Positions 8,204-17,098 of a stretch of DNA of 64,000 nt are shown here, in pieces; positions within the stretch are counted from its first letter, which is position 1, and the number at the start of each line of letters is the position of its first letter. The translations under genes and the position numbers were made by a program. The notes beneath the pieces were generated by a model. It saw only the letters and a list, made by a program, of their open reading frames with translations, did no database searches and was not told the DNA's origin. Location: positions 1,668,611 through 1,732,610 of the forward strand of contig CP070722.1 in the NCBI GenBank assembly GCA_020350785.1, written 5' to 3'. The stretch comes from Gemmatimonadota bacterium. GTDB lineage: Bacteria > Gemmatimonadota > Gemmatimonadetes > Palauibacterales > KS3-K002.

Positions 8204-9178
8204 ATGAGCGAAGGGGCTCGATGCGTCGCTTGGCTGGCTATCCCGATCTTGTGGTCGGTGGCTGCGGGTCAGGGCGGCCCGCAGGGCCAGGTCCGGGTGG
8301 GCGCCGTGACACTCCATTACTGGCCCGGCCAAAGGGCTGCGGCGGAGGCGCTGGCGGCTGGGCTTGAGCAACCCGTGCCTATGCCGGGGCTACCCGAGGA
8401 TATTCTGGCCGGGGGCACGATCACCGTCTACCTGGCTCCGGATCCACAGACGTTCGACTCGCTCGCGCCCGGGGTACCCGATTGGAGTGGAGCTATAGCC
8501 TTTCCGGAGGGCGACGAGATCGTTCTGCCGGTATTCTCCTCCCGCGGGGGTGGAGTCCCGCTGGCGGTGGTGCTCCAGCACGAATTGGCGCACGTGGCGT
8601 TGAGCCGGTACCTGGGGAGGCGAGTACCGCGCTGGTTTCACGAGGGCTACGCTCAACTGGCGTCCGGTAGCTGGGGGTCCGAAGACGCCTGGGCGCTGAG
8701 GTTCGCCATCCTGCTGGGCAAGCTGCCCTCGCTCGAGGCGATCGATCTGGAATTTCGCGAGGGGCGCGTGCGGGCCGATCACGCGTATCTTCTTTCCCAC
8801 ACTGCGGTCGAGCACCTCTATCGTCTGGGCGGGAAAGCCGGTTTCGCGCGGTTGCTGGAGCGCTGGCGCGAGGTCGGAGAACTCGACCTTGCCATGCGAC
8901 GCACCTACGGGTTGACCCAGGGCCAATTCGAGCGGACCTGGCGACGCGAAGTGGGGCGCCGGTTCGGTTGGCTGCTTGTACTGACCCAGACGATCGTATT
9001 CTGGACGATGTTGACGATCATTCTGCTCGTTCTGGGGTACTGGAAGAAACGGCGGACGCGTCGCAAGCTGGTGGCTCTGGAGGCCGCGGTGGCGGCGGCT
9101 GAGGCGGATGCGCTTGCCAATGCGGCCTTAGATCGAGGTGCTGATTTGGCTGATGAAGGCGTAATTGACGGGCCGTAG
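8204..9178 (+). CDS. Membrane-anchored Peptidase_MA_2-like (HEXXH) protein
   Basis: Signal-like N-terminus; HELAHVALSRYLGRRVPRWFHEGYAQLAS (HExxH...E zincin-like motif shared with gene 58983-61625); C-terminal TM segment (LLVLTQTIVFWTMLTIILLVLGYW) followed by an Ala-rich tail. Confidence 0.5.
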   Translation: MSEGARCVAWLAIPILWSVAAGQGGPQGQVRVGAVTLHYWPGQRAAAEALAAGLEQPVPMPGLPEDILAGGTITVYLAPDPQTFDSLAPGVPDWSGAIAFPEGDEIVLPVFSSRGGGVPLAVVLQHELAHVALSRYLGRRVPRWFHEGYAQLASGSWGSEDAWALRFAILLGKLPSLEAIDLEFREGRVRADHAYLLSHTAVEHLYRLGGKAGFARLLERWREVGELDLAMRRTYGLTQGQFERTWRREVGRRFGWLLVLTQTIVFWTMLTIILLVLGYWKKRRTRRKLVALEAAVAAAEADALANAALDRGADLADEGVIDGP

Positions 9179-9204
9179 GCGCTGGGATAGCTTACTAGCC
9201 GTTC

Positions 9205-9495
9205 ATGCCAGAGGTAGATCCACGACGACGAAGCGGACGCGGGTCGCGAGCGGCCCGCGAGAGGACTAAGGCTGAGCGGATGGGTAGTCCGGCACGAGCT
9301 ACGGGGAATGGGCCCGGGCCACGCGCACTGCAGTTCACACGGCTCAACTGGGTGCTGCTTGGCGGAGGCGTGGTTCTCATTGTGACTGGCTATGCGGCTC
9401 TGGGGAGAAGCTCACCGCTCCTGTCGACAGTCCTGGCGCCGCTACTTCTGGTCGGGGCCTACGCGGTCCTGATCCCGCTGGGCCTGATACGCTGA
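9205..9495 (+). CDS. Small hypothetical membrane protein (basic N-terminus, two predicted TM helices)
   Basis: ORF with hydrophobic C-terminal half (WVLLGGGVVLIVTGYAALG...LAPLLLVGAYAVLIPLGLI). No recognisable family, and the start is uncertain. Confidence 0.3.
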   Translation: MPEVDPRRRSGRGSRAARERTKAERMGSPARATGNGPGPRALQFTRLNWVLLGGGVVLIVTGYAALGRSSPLLSTVLAPLLLVGAYAVLIPLGLIR

Positions 9496-9556
9496 GGTCG
9501 GCTCGGCCTAACGGCGCGTTGGCCGGGTAGAAACTGTAGTCGGGCTCAGGACTCGC

Positions 9557-9630
9557 GGGCGCGTAGCTCAGCTGGCGAGAGCGCTGCCCTTACAAGGCAG
9601 AGGCCCCTGGTTCGAGTCCAGGCGCGCCCA
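9557..9630 (+). tRNA. tRNA-Val (anticodon TAC), no encoded CCA
   Basis: GGGCGCGTAGCTCAGCTGGCGAGAGCGCTGCCCTTACAAGGCAGAGGCCCCTGGTTCGAGTCCAGGCGCGCCCA folds as a cloverleaf: 7-bp acceptor stem GGGCGCG/CGCGCCC, anticodon stem CTGCC/GGCAG with loop CTTACAA (anticodon TAC), and a T-arm GGTTCGAGTCC. Confidence 0.9.
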
Positions 9631-9754
9631 TTGCAGGCTGGCAAGAGACGCGGCTGAACTGGCTGGCTCGGTTGGCCGACGTGGACCGAAGATCGGGAAC
9701 TTCATTTCGCGGGTGGCGCCCGCGGGGAAGCACCCTAGTCTTGGAGATCAACTC

Positions 9755-11500
9755 ATGAAGCTCGAGATCACCGCTCGCATAGCAGTAGCCCGTGTGGCTC
9801 TCGCGGCAGCGACCCTCGTCGTACTGCTTTTGCCGCCCCTCGCCCGTGAGTCGCAGGCTGCCGGCCAGCAAGAGCCTGGGGGACGTTTCCGCGTTCTCGT
9901 GGTTCCGTTGGAATCCAGCGCGCTCGACAAGAAATTCGGTGGTAAGGTAGCTGACGAGATCCGAAAGCGGCTCGAGGATTTTAGCACTCACGCCCCGATA
10001 CCTGTGAAGGAGTACTCGCGCGCGCTCAAGCAGTACGAGGTCAAGGAAGAGGAGCTGAACGCGATCAAGGCGAGGCAGCTTGCAAATCTGATGGGCGCGC
10101 AGGTTGCCTTCTACGGGACGATCGAAGCCGCCGGGGGAGCCTATCGGGCAGACGGCGTCTTCATCGGCGTGCAGAGCGGTGATGAGCTCCACGTGCCTGC
10201 CGTCACGATTAGTGACAAGAGCAACGAGTCGGTGAGCAAAGTAGCGGATGCGGCGATCGCCGCCTTTCAGCAGCAGGTGCAGTTCGACCGAGCTGTGACT
10301 TTCTGCGCCGACTACGTGGGGAGCCAGCAGCCCGAGAACGCGATCCGCAACTGCAATGAGGCCCTGGCGATCAACCCGGGCAGCGTGCCGGCGCTGTTCA
10401 ACAAGGGGCTAGCCTTTCGCCAGATGTTCGAAGGCGAGACGGCTGGCACGAATGGCTGGGCGGACTCGGCGGTCCACTACTTCGAAAGGGTGCTCGAGGT
10501 TCAGCCGGGCAAGCGCGAGGCCATGCAGAACGCGGCCTACATCTACTCCAAAGTGGGTGCGGCCGAGAAGGCCAGCGAGCTTTACAAGCAGTACCTGGAG
10601 CTGGATCCCGGTAATGTCCCGGTTCGCCTCAAGGTCGCCTACGACCTGGCGCAAGCGGAACTGATGGTCGAGGCCATCGAGATCATCCAGGCCGGCCTCG
10701 AGTTCGCCGAGGAAGACGTCGACCTCCTGCAGTCGCTGGGCGACTACTCGCTCCGCTACTCGTCGCAGGATTCCACCTATCTGGACACGGCCCTGGAGGC
10801 CTACGAGAAGGTGTTGCGGGTCAAGGGTGAGGAGACCGATCTGACCATCCTCGTGAACGCGCTGGCCGCCTACACGCAGGCAAACCGGACCGATGAGGCG
10901 ATCGCCTTCGCCGAACGCGCCCTCCAGTCACACTCGGACAGCCCACGGCTGTGGGCGGTTTACGCCGACGCGCTTGGCCGGAAGGAGAGGTACAGAGAGG
11001 CCAGCGCGGCGATGGACAAGGTGCTGGAACTCGATCCGTCTTATGCCAACGCCTACCTCAAGCGAGGTCAGTTCAAACTGCGCGCCGGCGATGAGGCCGC
11101 CGGGATGGCCGACTTCACCAATGCGATCGAAAGTGGCAGCTCCTCACAGGACGACGTCTTCCGCTTCTTCTGGGGTGAAGGCCACGCGGCGCGCAACGAG
11201 AAGGATTACTCTAAGGCGATCTCAGAGTTTGAGCGGGCCAACCGTTTCGTGGAGGCGAGCCAAAGGCGCGAGCTGGAGTTCTGGTGGGCTTACACCTACT
11301 ACCAGCTTGGGGAGCAGCAGGCGACCCCGGAGGGTGCCGGCGTCAGCCAGCTGAACCGGGCGCAGTCCAACTTCCAGGCGGCGGTTGATCATTTCGAGCG
11401 AGCGGGCAACGTGAGGGCCGAGGTTGCTCAGCTAAAGGATGCGGCTGACAAGTGGCTGCTCAATATCGATGCCCGAATCAGGCGGGCGCAGCGCGGCTAG
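9755..11500 (+). CDS. Secreted/lipoprotein-like TPR-repeat protein
   Basis: MKLEITARIAVARVALAAATLVVLLLPPLA is a signal peptide. The body is TPR-rich (AYDLAQAEL..., AYLKRGQFKLRAGDEAAG...). The upstream in-frame ATG at 9713 is also possible. Confidence 0.6.
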   Translation: MKLEITARIAVARVALAAATLVVLLLPPLARESQAAGQQEPGGRFRVLVVPLESSALDKKFGGKVADEIRKRLEDFSTHAPIPVKEYSRALKQYEVKEEELNAIKARQLANLMGAQVAFYGTIEAAGGAYRADGVFIGVQSGDELHVPAVTISDKSNESVSKVADAAIAAFQQQVQFDRAVTFCADYVGSQQPENAIRNCNEALAINPGSVPALFNKGLAFRQMFEGETAGTNGWADSAVHYFERVLEVQPGKREAMQNAAYIYSKVGAAEKASELYKQYLELDPGNVPVRLKVAYDLAQAELMVEAIEIIQAGLEFAEEDVDLLQSLGDYSLRYSSQDSTYLDTALEAYEKVLRVKGEETDLTILVNALAAYTQANRTDEAIAFAERALQSHSDSPRLWAVYADALGRKERYREASAAMDKVLELDPSYANAYLKRGQFKLRAGDEAAGMADFTNAIESGSSSQDDVFRFFWGEGHAARNEKDYSKAISEFERANRFVEASQRRELEFWWAYTYYQLGEQQATPEGAGVSQLNRAQSNFQAAVDHFERAGNVRAEVAQLKDAADKWLLNIDARIRRAQRG

Positions 11501-11525
11501 ACGGAAATCACCGCGCCAGAAAGAG

Positions 11526-11559
11526 GAGCCCGGGCAAAGAGCCCGGGCTCTTTTTTTTT
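11526..11559 (+). terminator. Rho-independent terminator
   Basis: GAGCCCGGGC-aaaga-GCCCGGGCTC forms a perfect 10-bp GC stem followed by T9, located 26 nt after the TPR gene stop. Confidence 0.8.
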
Positions 11560-11624
11560 GGCCCGGGACCCCGGGGGTCAGGCGCGCCGACCGTGGCCCT
11601 TTGACCGTGCGGAGGAAGTCCTTG

Positions 11625-11680
11625 ACGGGGTGGGGCGGTTACACTAGCTTGGGGGGCAGAGTGGGGTAAAATGGGGGCAG
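11625..11680 (+). promoter_or_regulatory. Putative dcw-cluster promoter with MraZ-operator-like GTGGGG direct repeats
   Basis: TTGACG (11622-11627) and a TAAAAT -10-like hexamer (11667-11672) are embedded in direct repeats GTGGGG (11629), TGGGGGG (11650), GTGGGG (11661) and TGGGGG (11672), spaced about 10-11 nt apart. This is reminiscent of the GTGGG repeat operators bound by MraZ upstream of mraZ in E. coli/Bacillus. Confidence 0.35.
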
Positions 11681-11752
11681 ATGCAGGCTGCGCCCATCGT
11701 GTGGCCCGGAATCCCGCCGACTGGGCTTACAGTGACTTGCCGGGGAGGGAAC

Positions 11753-12184
11753 TTGACCGGCTTTTTGGGGAGCTACCTCCATCAGCTGGACGAGAAGGGC
11801 CGCCTTGCGCTGCCGGCGTCTTTTCGCCGGGCAGCGGGTGAGGCGGGCTTTGTCCTGATCCATGGCCACGAGACGGCTTTGTTGCTTTACCCGCAGGCCG
11901 CTTGGGGGAAGGTGGAGGAGCGACTGGCCGAGCTGCTTCAGCGGCAGCCCGAGTCGAAGGCCTCCGTGCTTCGGCTCACGGCGAATGCGGTCGAGGTCAC
12001 GCCTGACAAACAGGGCCGGATTCTGGTGCCCGAGCGTCTTAAGAAAGCTGCCAAACTCGACTCGGAAGCACTGATTGTCGGGGTGCTGGACAAGATAGAG
12101 ATCTGGAACCCCGAGCTGTTTGAGATGACCACGAAGGAAGCGAGACCGGGGTTCGAGCAGTTCGTGCGACAGATCCTCGTGTGA
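11753..12184 (+). CDS. mraZ: Transcriptional regulator MraZ
   Basis: FLGSYLHQLDEKGRLALPASFRR and a second half ...QGRILVPERLKKAAKLDSEALIVGVLDKIEIW give a duplicated DxxGR MraZ motif. The long ORF starts at 11681; I prefer TTG 11753, preceded by GGGGAGGGA. Confidence 0.85.
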   Translation: MTGFLGSYLHQLDEKGRLALPASFRRAAGEAGFVLIHGHETALLLYPQAAWGKVEERLAELLQRQPESKASVLRLTANAVEVTPDKQGRILVPERLKKAAKLDSEALIVGVLDKIEIWNPELFEMTTKEARPGFEQFVRQILV

Positions 12185-12370
12185 GGCTTCGGGCTCGACG
12201 GAGATGGGGAGTGGTGTGTTGGGCGGGGCGGTGGCGTCAAAGCCATCGACCGTCGACCCCGTCTGAAGGGACGGTGGGCAGGTGGCAGGGGGAGGGCTGT
12301 GTGGGGTCTAGGGGTAGGGCAAGGCCGTCTGTCCACCGTCTCTCTATAGGTCGCGACGAAGGAATGAGAT

Positions 12371-13321
12371 TTGGCGTGGGGCGCGTCGGAGGGGGTCTTG
12401 AGCGCCTTCCATGAACCGGTCTTGCTGACCGAGGTCGTGCGCCTGCTGGCGCCGGAGCGCGGCGGTGTGTTTCTGGACGGGACCGTGGGTGGTGGCGGCC
12501 ACGCCGAGGCGATCCTGAGAGCGGGCACGGGTGTTCGTCTGCTGGCGCTGGACCGGGACGCAGAGGCGCTGGAGAGCGCTAGAGACCGGCTGCGGTCCTT
12601 CGCGGGGAGAGTCGAGTATCGAGAGGGCGATTTCGCAGAAACGGCGGACTTGTTCGGTCTGGGGGAGGGCGCATTGGCTGGAGTACTGTTGGACCTGGGG
12701 GTGTCCTCCCACCAGATCGATCGGTTGGAGCGGGGCTTCACTTTTCGAGCGGGGGCCCCGTTGGACATGCGGATGTCGCGGAGAAGTTCGACCACGGCGG
12801 CGGAGCTGCTGGAGGCGGCGACGGCGGAGGAGCTGGGTGAGATATTCCGGACCTACGCCGAGGAGCGACGGGGCCGGCGGCTGGCCGCGGGCTTAGTCGA
12901 GGCGCGGCGACGGAAACCCCTGCGGAAGAGCGACGACCTGATCGAGGCGATCGAGGCAGTTTGGGGACGCCGGGTGGCGGAGTCCGATCTGGCCAGGATT
13001 TTCCAGGCGTTGCGGATTGCCGTGAATCACGAGCTGGATTCGTTGGGAGCGGGGCTTCCGGTTCTCCGCGATCTACTGCAGCCTGGCGGTCGCCTGGTAG
13101 TCATCTCGTACCACTCGCTGGAGGATCGGCTGGTCAAGCGAGCATTCCGTGAGTGGGGCCGCGATTGCGTCTGTCCGCCCGGGCTGCCCGAGTGCCGGTG
13201 CCGCGGGCGCGCCTTGGGACGAGAGCTTACGAGGAAGCCTGTGAGACCTGAAGCCGCAGAGACGGACCGGAACCCACGTGCGCGGAGCGCGCGGCTGCGT
13301 GCTTGGGAAAGTGCTGGATGA
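12371..13321 (+). CDS. rsmH: 16S rRNA (cytosine1402-N4)-methyltransferase RsmH (MraW)
   Basis: HEPVLLTEVVRLL...FLDGTVGGGGHAEAIL...LLALDRDAEAL...GVLLDLGVSSHQID...GRLVVISYHSLEDRLVK are RsmH signatures. It sits in the expected dcw position. Confidence 0.9.
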   Translation: MAWGASEGVLSAFHEPVLLTEVVRLLAPERGGVFLDGTVGGGGHAEAILRAGTGVRLLALDRDAEALESARDRLRSFAGRVEYREGDFAETADLFGLGEGALAGVLLDLGVSSHQIDRLERGFTFRAGAPLDMRMSRRSSTTAAELLEAATAEELGEIFRTYAEERRGRRLAAGLVEARRRKPLRKSDDLIEAIEAVWGRRVAESDLARIFQALRIAVNHELDSLGAGLPVLRDLLQPGGRLVVISYHSLEDRLVKRAFREWGRDCVCPPGLPECRCRGRALGRELTRKPVRPEAAETDRNPRARSARLRAWESAG

Positions 13322-13620
13322 GACTGCGCGGCCTGTTCACGGCTTTCTCTGCGATGCTGCTCCTTGCCGGAATGTTTGTGGCTGTGCACAGGGGGGCTCG
13401 GGGACGTGAGCTCGCGCAAGGTATCAGTGACCTGGACGATCGACAGGAAGCGGTGGACTTAAAGCGACAAGATCTCGAGGCGCGGATCGCGCATCTGAGC
13501 AGCCGACCGAGAATAGAGCGTGCTGCGAGGGATCTAGGATTTCACACTCCCAGTGAAGAGGAGTTGGTGGTTCTCGATCTGCGTCGTCGTACGTCGCGTG
13601 CCGGAGGAGGTTCGCAGTGA
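13303..13620 (+). CDS. ftsL: Cell division protein FtsL-like
   Basis: About 100 aa with one TM (LFTAFSAMLLLAGMFVAVH) followed by a coiled coil (LDDRQEAVDLKRQDLEARIAHL). Positioned between rsmH and ftsI; overlaps both neighbours. Confidence 0.6.
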   Translation: MGKCWMRLRGLFTAFSAMLLLAGMFVAVHRGARGRELAQGISDLDDRQEAVDLKRQDLEARIAHLSSRPRIERAARDLGFHTPSEEELVVLDLRRRTSRAGGGSQ

Positions 13621-15641
13621 GATCGGAGCTTCGCCAGGTTCGACGTCGTCATCTCAGGCATGGCGTGCTGCAGATCTCGCTGCTGCTGGGGACCGTGGTT
13701 GTGCTCGGCCGTGCTTTTCAGCTTCAGGTCGTCCAGGCAGAGAGATGGCGCGACTTGGCGGTACAGAATCACACGGTGAACGTGGGGCTGCCGGCGCCGC
13801 GCGGTGCCATCTTCGATCGACACGGTCGCGAACTGGCCGTCAGCCGCATCAGCTATGACCTCTACGTGGCGCCGAACGAGCTCGAGGACCCAGAAGCGGC
13901 CCTCCCGCTACTGAGGGAGGTAGCGGAGCTGCCGGCCAAGCATGCGAAGTGGATTCGGGAGGGGAAGCCTGTTTGGGTCAGACTGGCGAGGCGCATCTCT
14001 GAAGCGGAGAAGGACGAGCTGGAGAAGGTCTTGAGGAAAGGCTTGCATCCGGAACCGGTCGCCGAGCGCCGCTATCCGCTGAGTCGTCTGGCGGCGGAGA
14101 TCGTCGGCAGCGTGGGCGAGGGCGGGCGGGGGCAGAGTGGGCTGGAGCTCAGCTTCGATTCGCTGCTCACCGGTCAACCAGGCACGGGAATCAGGCGACG
14201 GGATGCAAAGGACGAATCGGCGGCCTGGCCGGTCGTCCCTGTGGTTGCACCGACGGCGGGCCACGACCTGTACCTGACGATTGACGCCGAGCTGCAGGCG
14301 CTGGCCGAGTCGGTGCTGGAGGGGGCCATCGTTGAGACCGACGCCAGCGGCGGCGATCTGGTGATCTTGGAGCCGAGTAGCGGTGAGCTGCTCGCCGTAG
14401 TCAGCCGCAGGAGAGGCCGGCGGATCCAGAATCTGACGGCGGTCACGGAACCTTATGAGGCGGGCTCGACGCTCAAGCCGTTCACCGCCGCGGCCTTGCT
14501 GGCGGAGGGGCTGGCGAAGCTGACGGACATTGTCGATACGGGCAACGGCAGGTACCGGGCGGCCGGCCGGACGATCCGGGACGACAACCCGCGTGGGCGT
14601 CTGTCGCTGGCTCAGACACTGGCCGTGTCGAGCAATGTTGGCATGGCGTTGTTCGCCGAGCGATTGCCGGAGGGCGTTCAGTATAGATACCTGCGCGATT
14701 TCGGGTTCGGCACCCCGACCGGCCTGGCCTACCCGTCTGAATCGGGTGGTCTGCTGCGCAAGCCGTCACAATGGTCGAAGCAAAGTCGCGCCTCACTTGC
14801 CATCGGCTATGAGGTGTCCGTTACGCCGCTCCAGCTAGCGCTAGCGTATGGGGCGTTGGCGAACGGTGGCCTGCTGATGCGGCCACAACTGGTTCGGGAG
14901 GTTCGCGGTCCGGAGGGCCAACTCCGCTGGAAAGGTGAAGCGGAGGTGGTGCGCCGGGCGATTGATGAAGACGTGGCGTCGCTGCTACGTGACGTGCTGG
15001 TCGAAGCGGTCACGCAGGGCACAGGGCGAAGCGCCGATGTCCAGGGAGTGCGCGTGGCGGGCAAAACGGGAACCGCCTGGCGCTTCGATCGCGAGCGCGG
15101 TTACGCGGGCCACACCTATACTTCGTCGTTTGCGGGGTTGATACCTGCAGAGCAGCCGGAGTGGGTGATGCTGGTCAAGCTCGATGCGCCGAGTGGGCAG
15201 TATTATGGCGGGGCCACAGCAGCCCCCGTCATGCGCACCGCAGTGCGCGCTGCGTTGGCAGGGAGCTACTGGTCGGCGCCGCCCTTGCTGGGGGAACCGG
15301 AGTCTCCTGGCGAGCAGGCGGGAATACCTGCGTCTCGCGTGGCGGCCAGCGGCCCTTATGTCTTCGCTCTCGATGCCCCGCTGCTGAGGGCGAGTGAGGA
15401 GACTGCTTGGGATGAGCGAGGATCGGAAACTGTCGTTCCGGAAATACGGGGTCAGTCGTTACGAGCGGCGGTTCATCAGTTGCATCAGGCGGGCCTACAA
15501 GTTGTTGCACGTGGAGGTGGACGTGTGGTTTCGGTCGAACCGGGGGTGGGGGTCAGGCTTCATCGGGGAGCGCGAGTGGTCATCGTCGGCGGTGAGCGCG
15601 CTTCTCCCCCAGCGACTGACCGGCTGGCAGGTGAGGGATGA
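13617..15641 (+). CDS. ftsI: Peptidoglycan D,D-transpeptidase FtsI (class B PBP) with C-terminal PASTA domain
   Basis: N-terminal TM; SxxK (GSTLKPF), SSN (VSSNVG) and KTG (AGKTGTA) motifs. The C-terminal segment VVPEIRGQSLRAAVHQLHQAGLQVV...GARVVIV is PASTA-like. Confidence 0.9.
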   Translation: MRSELRQVRRRHLRHGVLQISLLLGTVVVLGRAFQLQVVQAERWRDLAVQNHTVNVGLPAPRGAIFDRHGRELAVSRISYDLYVAPNELEDPEAALPLLREVAELPAKHAKWIREGKPVWVRLARRISEAEKDELEKVLRKGLHPEPVAERRYPLSRLAAEIVGSVGEGGRGQSGLELSFDSLLTGQPGTGIRRRDAKDESAAWPVVPVVAPTAGHDLYLTIDAELQALAESVLEGAIVETDASGGDLVILEPSSGELLAVVSRRRGRRIQNLTAVTEPYEAGSTLKPFTAAALLAEGLAKLTDIVDTGNGRYRAAGRTIRDDNPRGRLSLAQTLAVSSNVGMALFAERLPEGVQYRYLRDFGFGTPTGLAYPSESGGLLRKPSQWSKQSRASLAIGYEVSVTPLQLALAYGALANGGLLMRPQLVREVRGPEGQLRWKGEAEVVRRAIDEDVASLLRDVLVEAVTQGTGRSADVQGVRVAGKTGTAWRFDRERGYAGHTYTSSFAGLIPAEQPEWVMLVKLDAPSGQYYGGATAAPVMRTAVRAALAGSYWSAPPLLGEPESPGEQAGIPASRVAASGPYVFALDAPLLRASEETAWDERGSETVVPEIRGQSLRAAVHQLHQAGLQVVARGGGRVVSVEPGVGVRLHRGARVVIVGGERASPPATDRLAGEG

Positions 15642-17098
15642 TACCGCTCACCGCAATCCTCGCACGTCTGCGCGCGGCAAGACTGCTGGAATCCTCCTAC
15701 CCCGAGGGTGAAATCCTCGTCGAAGGAATAAGCGATGATTCCAGGCAAGTACAGGTCGGCGAGCTGTATTGCGCGATCAAAGGGTACGTCCACGATGGGC
15801 ACAGCTACCTGAGAGACGTAGCGGCGGCGGGGGCTGCAGCCGCTCTGGTGGAAGAGCCGGAGGTCGGGCTGGAACTGCCACAAGTCCGCGTCAGAGACAG
15901 TAGACGCGCCGCTGCTATCGCGGCGCAAGTCGTATACGGCGAGCCAGCCGCTGGCATGAAGCTGGTGGGGGTTACCGGGACGAACGGCAAGACGACAACG
16001 GTCCACCTGGCTCGACACGTCTTGTCGGGGCTGCAGCCCACGGGCTCGCTCGGCACGTTGGGCGTCGTCGACGCCGGGGGTTCGGCGCTGGACCTGGGGC
16101 TGACGACACCGGGCCCGGTGGAGTTCGCTCGGCGTCTGGCCGAACTGAAGAGGGGTGGCACGAGGTATGTCGTCGCCGAGATATCATCGCATGCTCTGAC
16201 GCAGGGGCGGGTCGATGGCGCCGCTTTTGCAGCGGGCGTCTTCACCAACCTGAGCCGCGACCACCTCGACTACCACAGTGATTTCCACGAATACCGGGCG
16301 GCCAAGTTGCGATTGGCAGAGCTGGTCGCCCCCGGCGGCGTCCTGGTGCTGAACGCTGATGAGCCGGCCTGGTCGGCTCTTAGAGATCATCAGGGTAGTG
16401 TGACTTTCGGGCTCCAAGCGGCGGCCAACTACCGCGCTGACGGACTTGTTCTCAGCCCGGCGGGCTCGACCTGGACACTGGTCGCGCCCGATGGAGAGGT
16501 CAATGTCGACCTGCCTTTGCTGGGCGAGTTCAATGTGAGCAACGCTCTTGCGGCGGCTGCGTTGGCAGGAGCGCTTGGAATGGCTGTGCCGAAGATCGGT
16601 GAGAGATTGGCCACGGTGCCGGCGGTCCCCGGCCGGCTCGAGCGCTTGGGCGAGAATCCTTTGATTCTCAGGGACTACGCTCACACGCCGGATGCGCTGG
16701 GCAAAGCGCTGACTGCGTTGCGTCCGCTTGTGAGAGGGCGCCTGCTGGTGGTCTTTGGGTGCGGTGGCGATCGCGACAAAGGAAAACGGCCGTTGATGGG
16801 GCGTGCGGCGGCTGAAGGGGCGGATTATTCGATTGTCACATCGGACAACCCACGAACCGAGCGGCCCGAGGCGATCATCGACGATATCCTGCTGGGAATC
16901 GGGTCGGCGACCTTCGAGCGAATTGTGGATCGCCGCGAGGCGATAGCCCGCGCCATCGAGATAGCGGGGCCGGATGATGTCGTCTTGCTGGCGGGCAAAG
17001 GGCACGAGGCGTACCAAGTTGTGGGCACCGAACGGCGACCTTTCGATGAGGCGCTGATCGTGAGCGAGATGCTAACGGGTGGACGAGGCCGCTGCTGA
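15638..17098 (+). CDS. murE: UDP-N-acetylmuramoyl-L-alanyl-D-glutamate--2,6-diaminopimelate ligase MurE
   Basis: GVTGTNGKTTT P-loop and the DNPR motif (TSDNPRTERPEAI), which indicates meso-DAP specificity. ATGA overlap with ftsI. Confidence 0.9.
   Translation: MIPLTAILARLRAARLLESSYPEGEILVEGISDDSRQVQVGELYCAIKGYVHDGHSYLRDVAAAGAAAALVEEPEVGLELPQVRVRDSRRAAAIAAQVVYGEPAAGMKLVGVTGTNGKTTTVHLARHVLSGLQPTGSLGTLGVVDAGGSALDLGLTTPGPVEFARRLAELKRGGTRYVVAEISSHALTQGRVDGAAFAAGVFTNLSRDHLDYHSDFHEYRAAKLRLAELVAPGGVLVLNADEPAWSALRDHQGSVTFGLQAAANYRADGLVLSPAGSTWTLVAPDGEVNVDLPLLGEFNVSNALAAAALAGALGMAVPKIGERLATVPAVPGRLERLGENPLILRDYAHTPDALGKALTALRPLVRGRLLVVFGCGGDRDKGKRPLMGRAAAEGADYSIVTSDNPRTERPEAIIDDILLGIGSATFERIVDRREAIARAIEIAGPDDVVLLAGKGHEAYQVVGTERRPFDEALIVSEMLTGGRGRC

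Noticed and set aside
9590-10192. 200-aa minus-strand ORF overlapping tRNA-Val and the TPR lipoprotein start
   Set aside because: It overlaps a confidently folded tRNA and a signal-peptide-bearing gene on the other strand.
12185-12370. G-rich 186-nt mraZ-rsmH spacer as a possible ncRNA or riboswitch
   Set aside because: Only G-runs (GGGG, GGGGG) were seen, without convincing conserved stem-loops or a known riboswitch core. It is more likely an internal promoter or spacer region.
16184-17017. 277-aa minus-strand ORF inside murE
   Set aside because: It is antisense to murE; the translation is R/Q/P-rich with no domain features.
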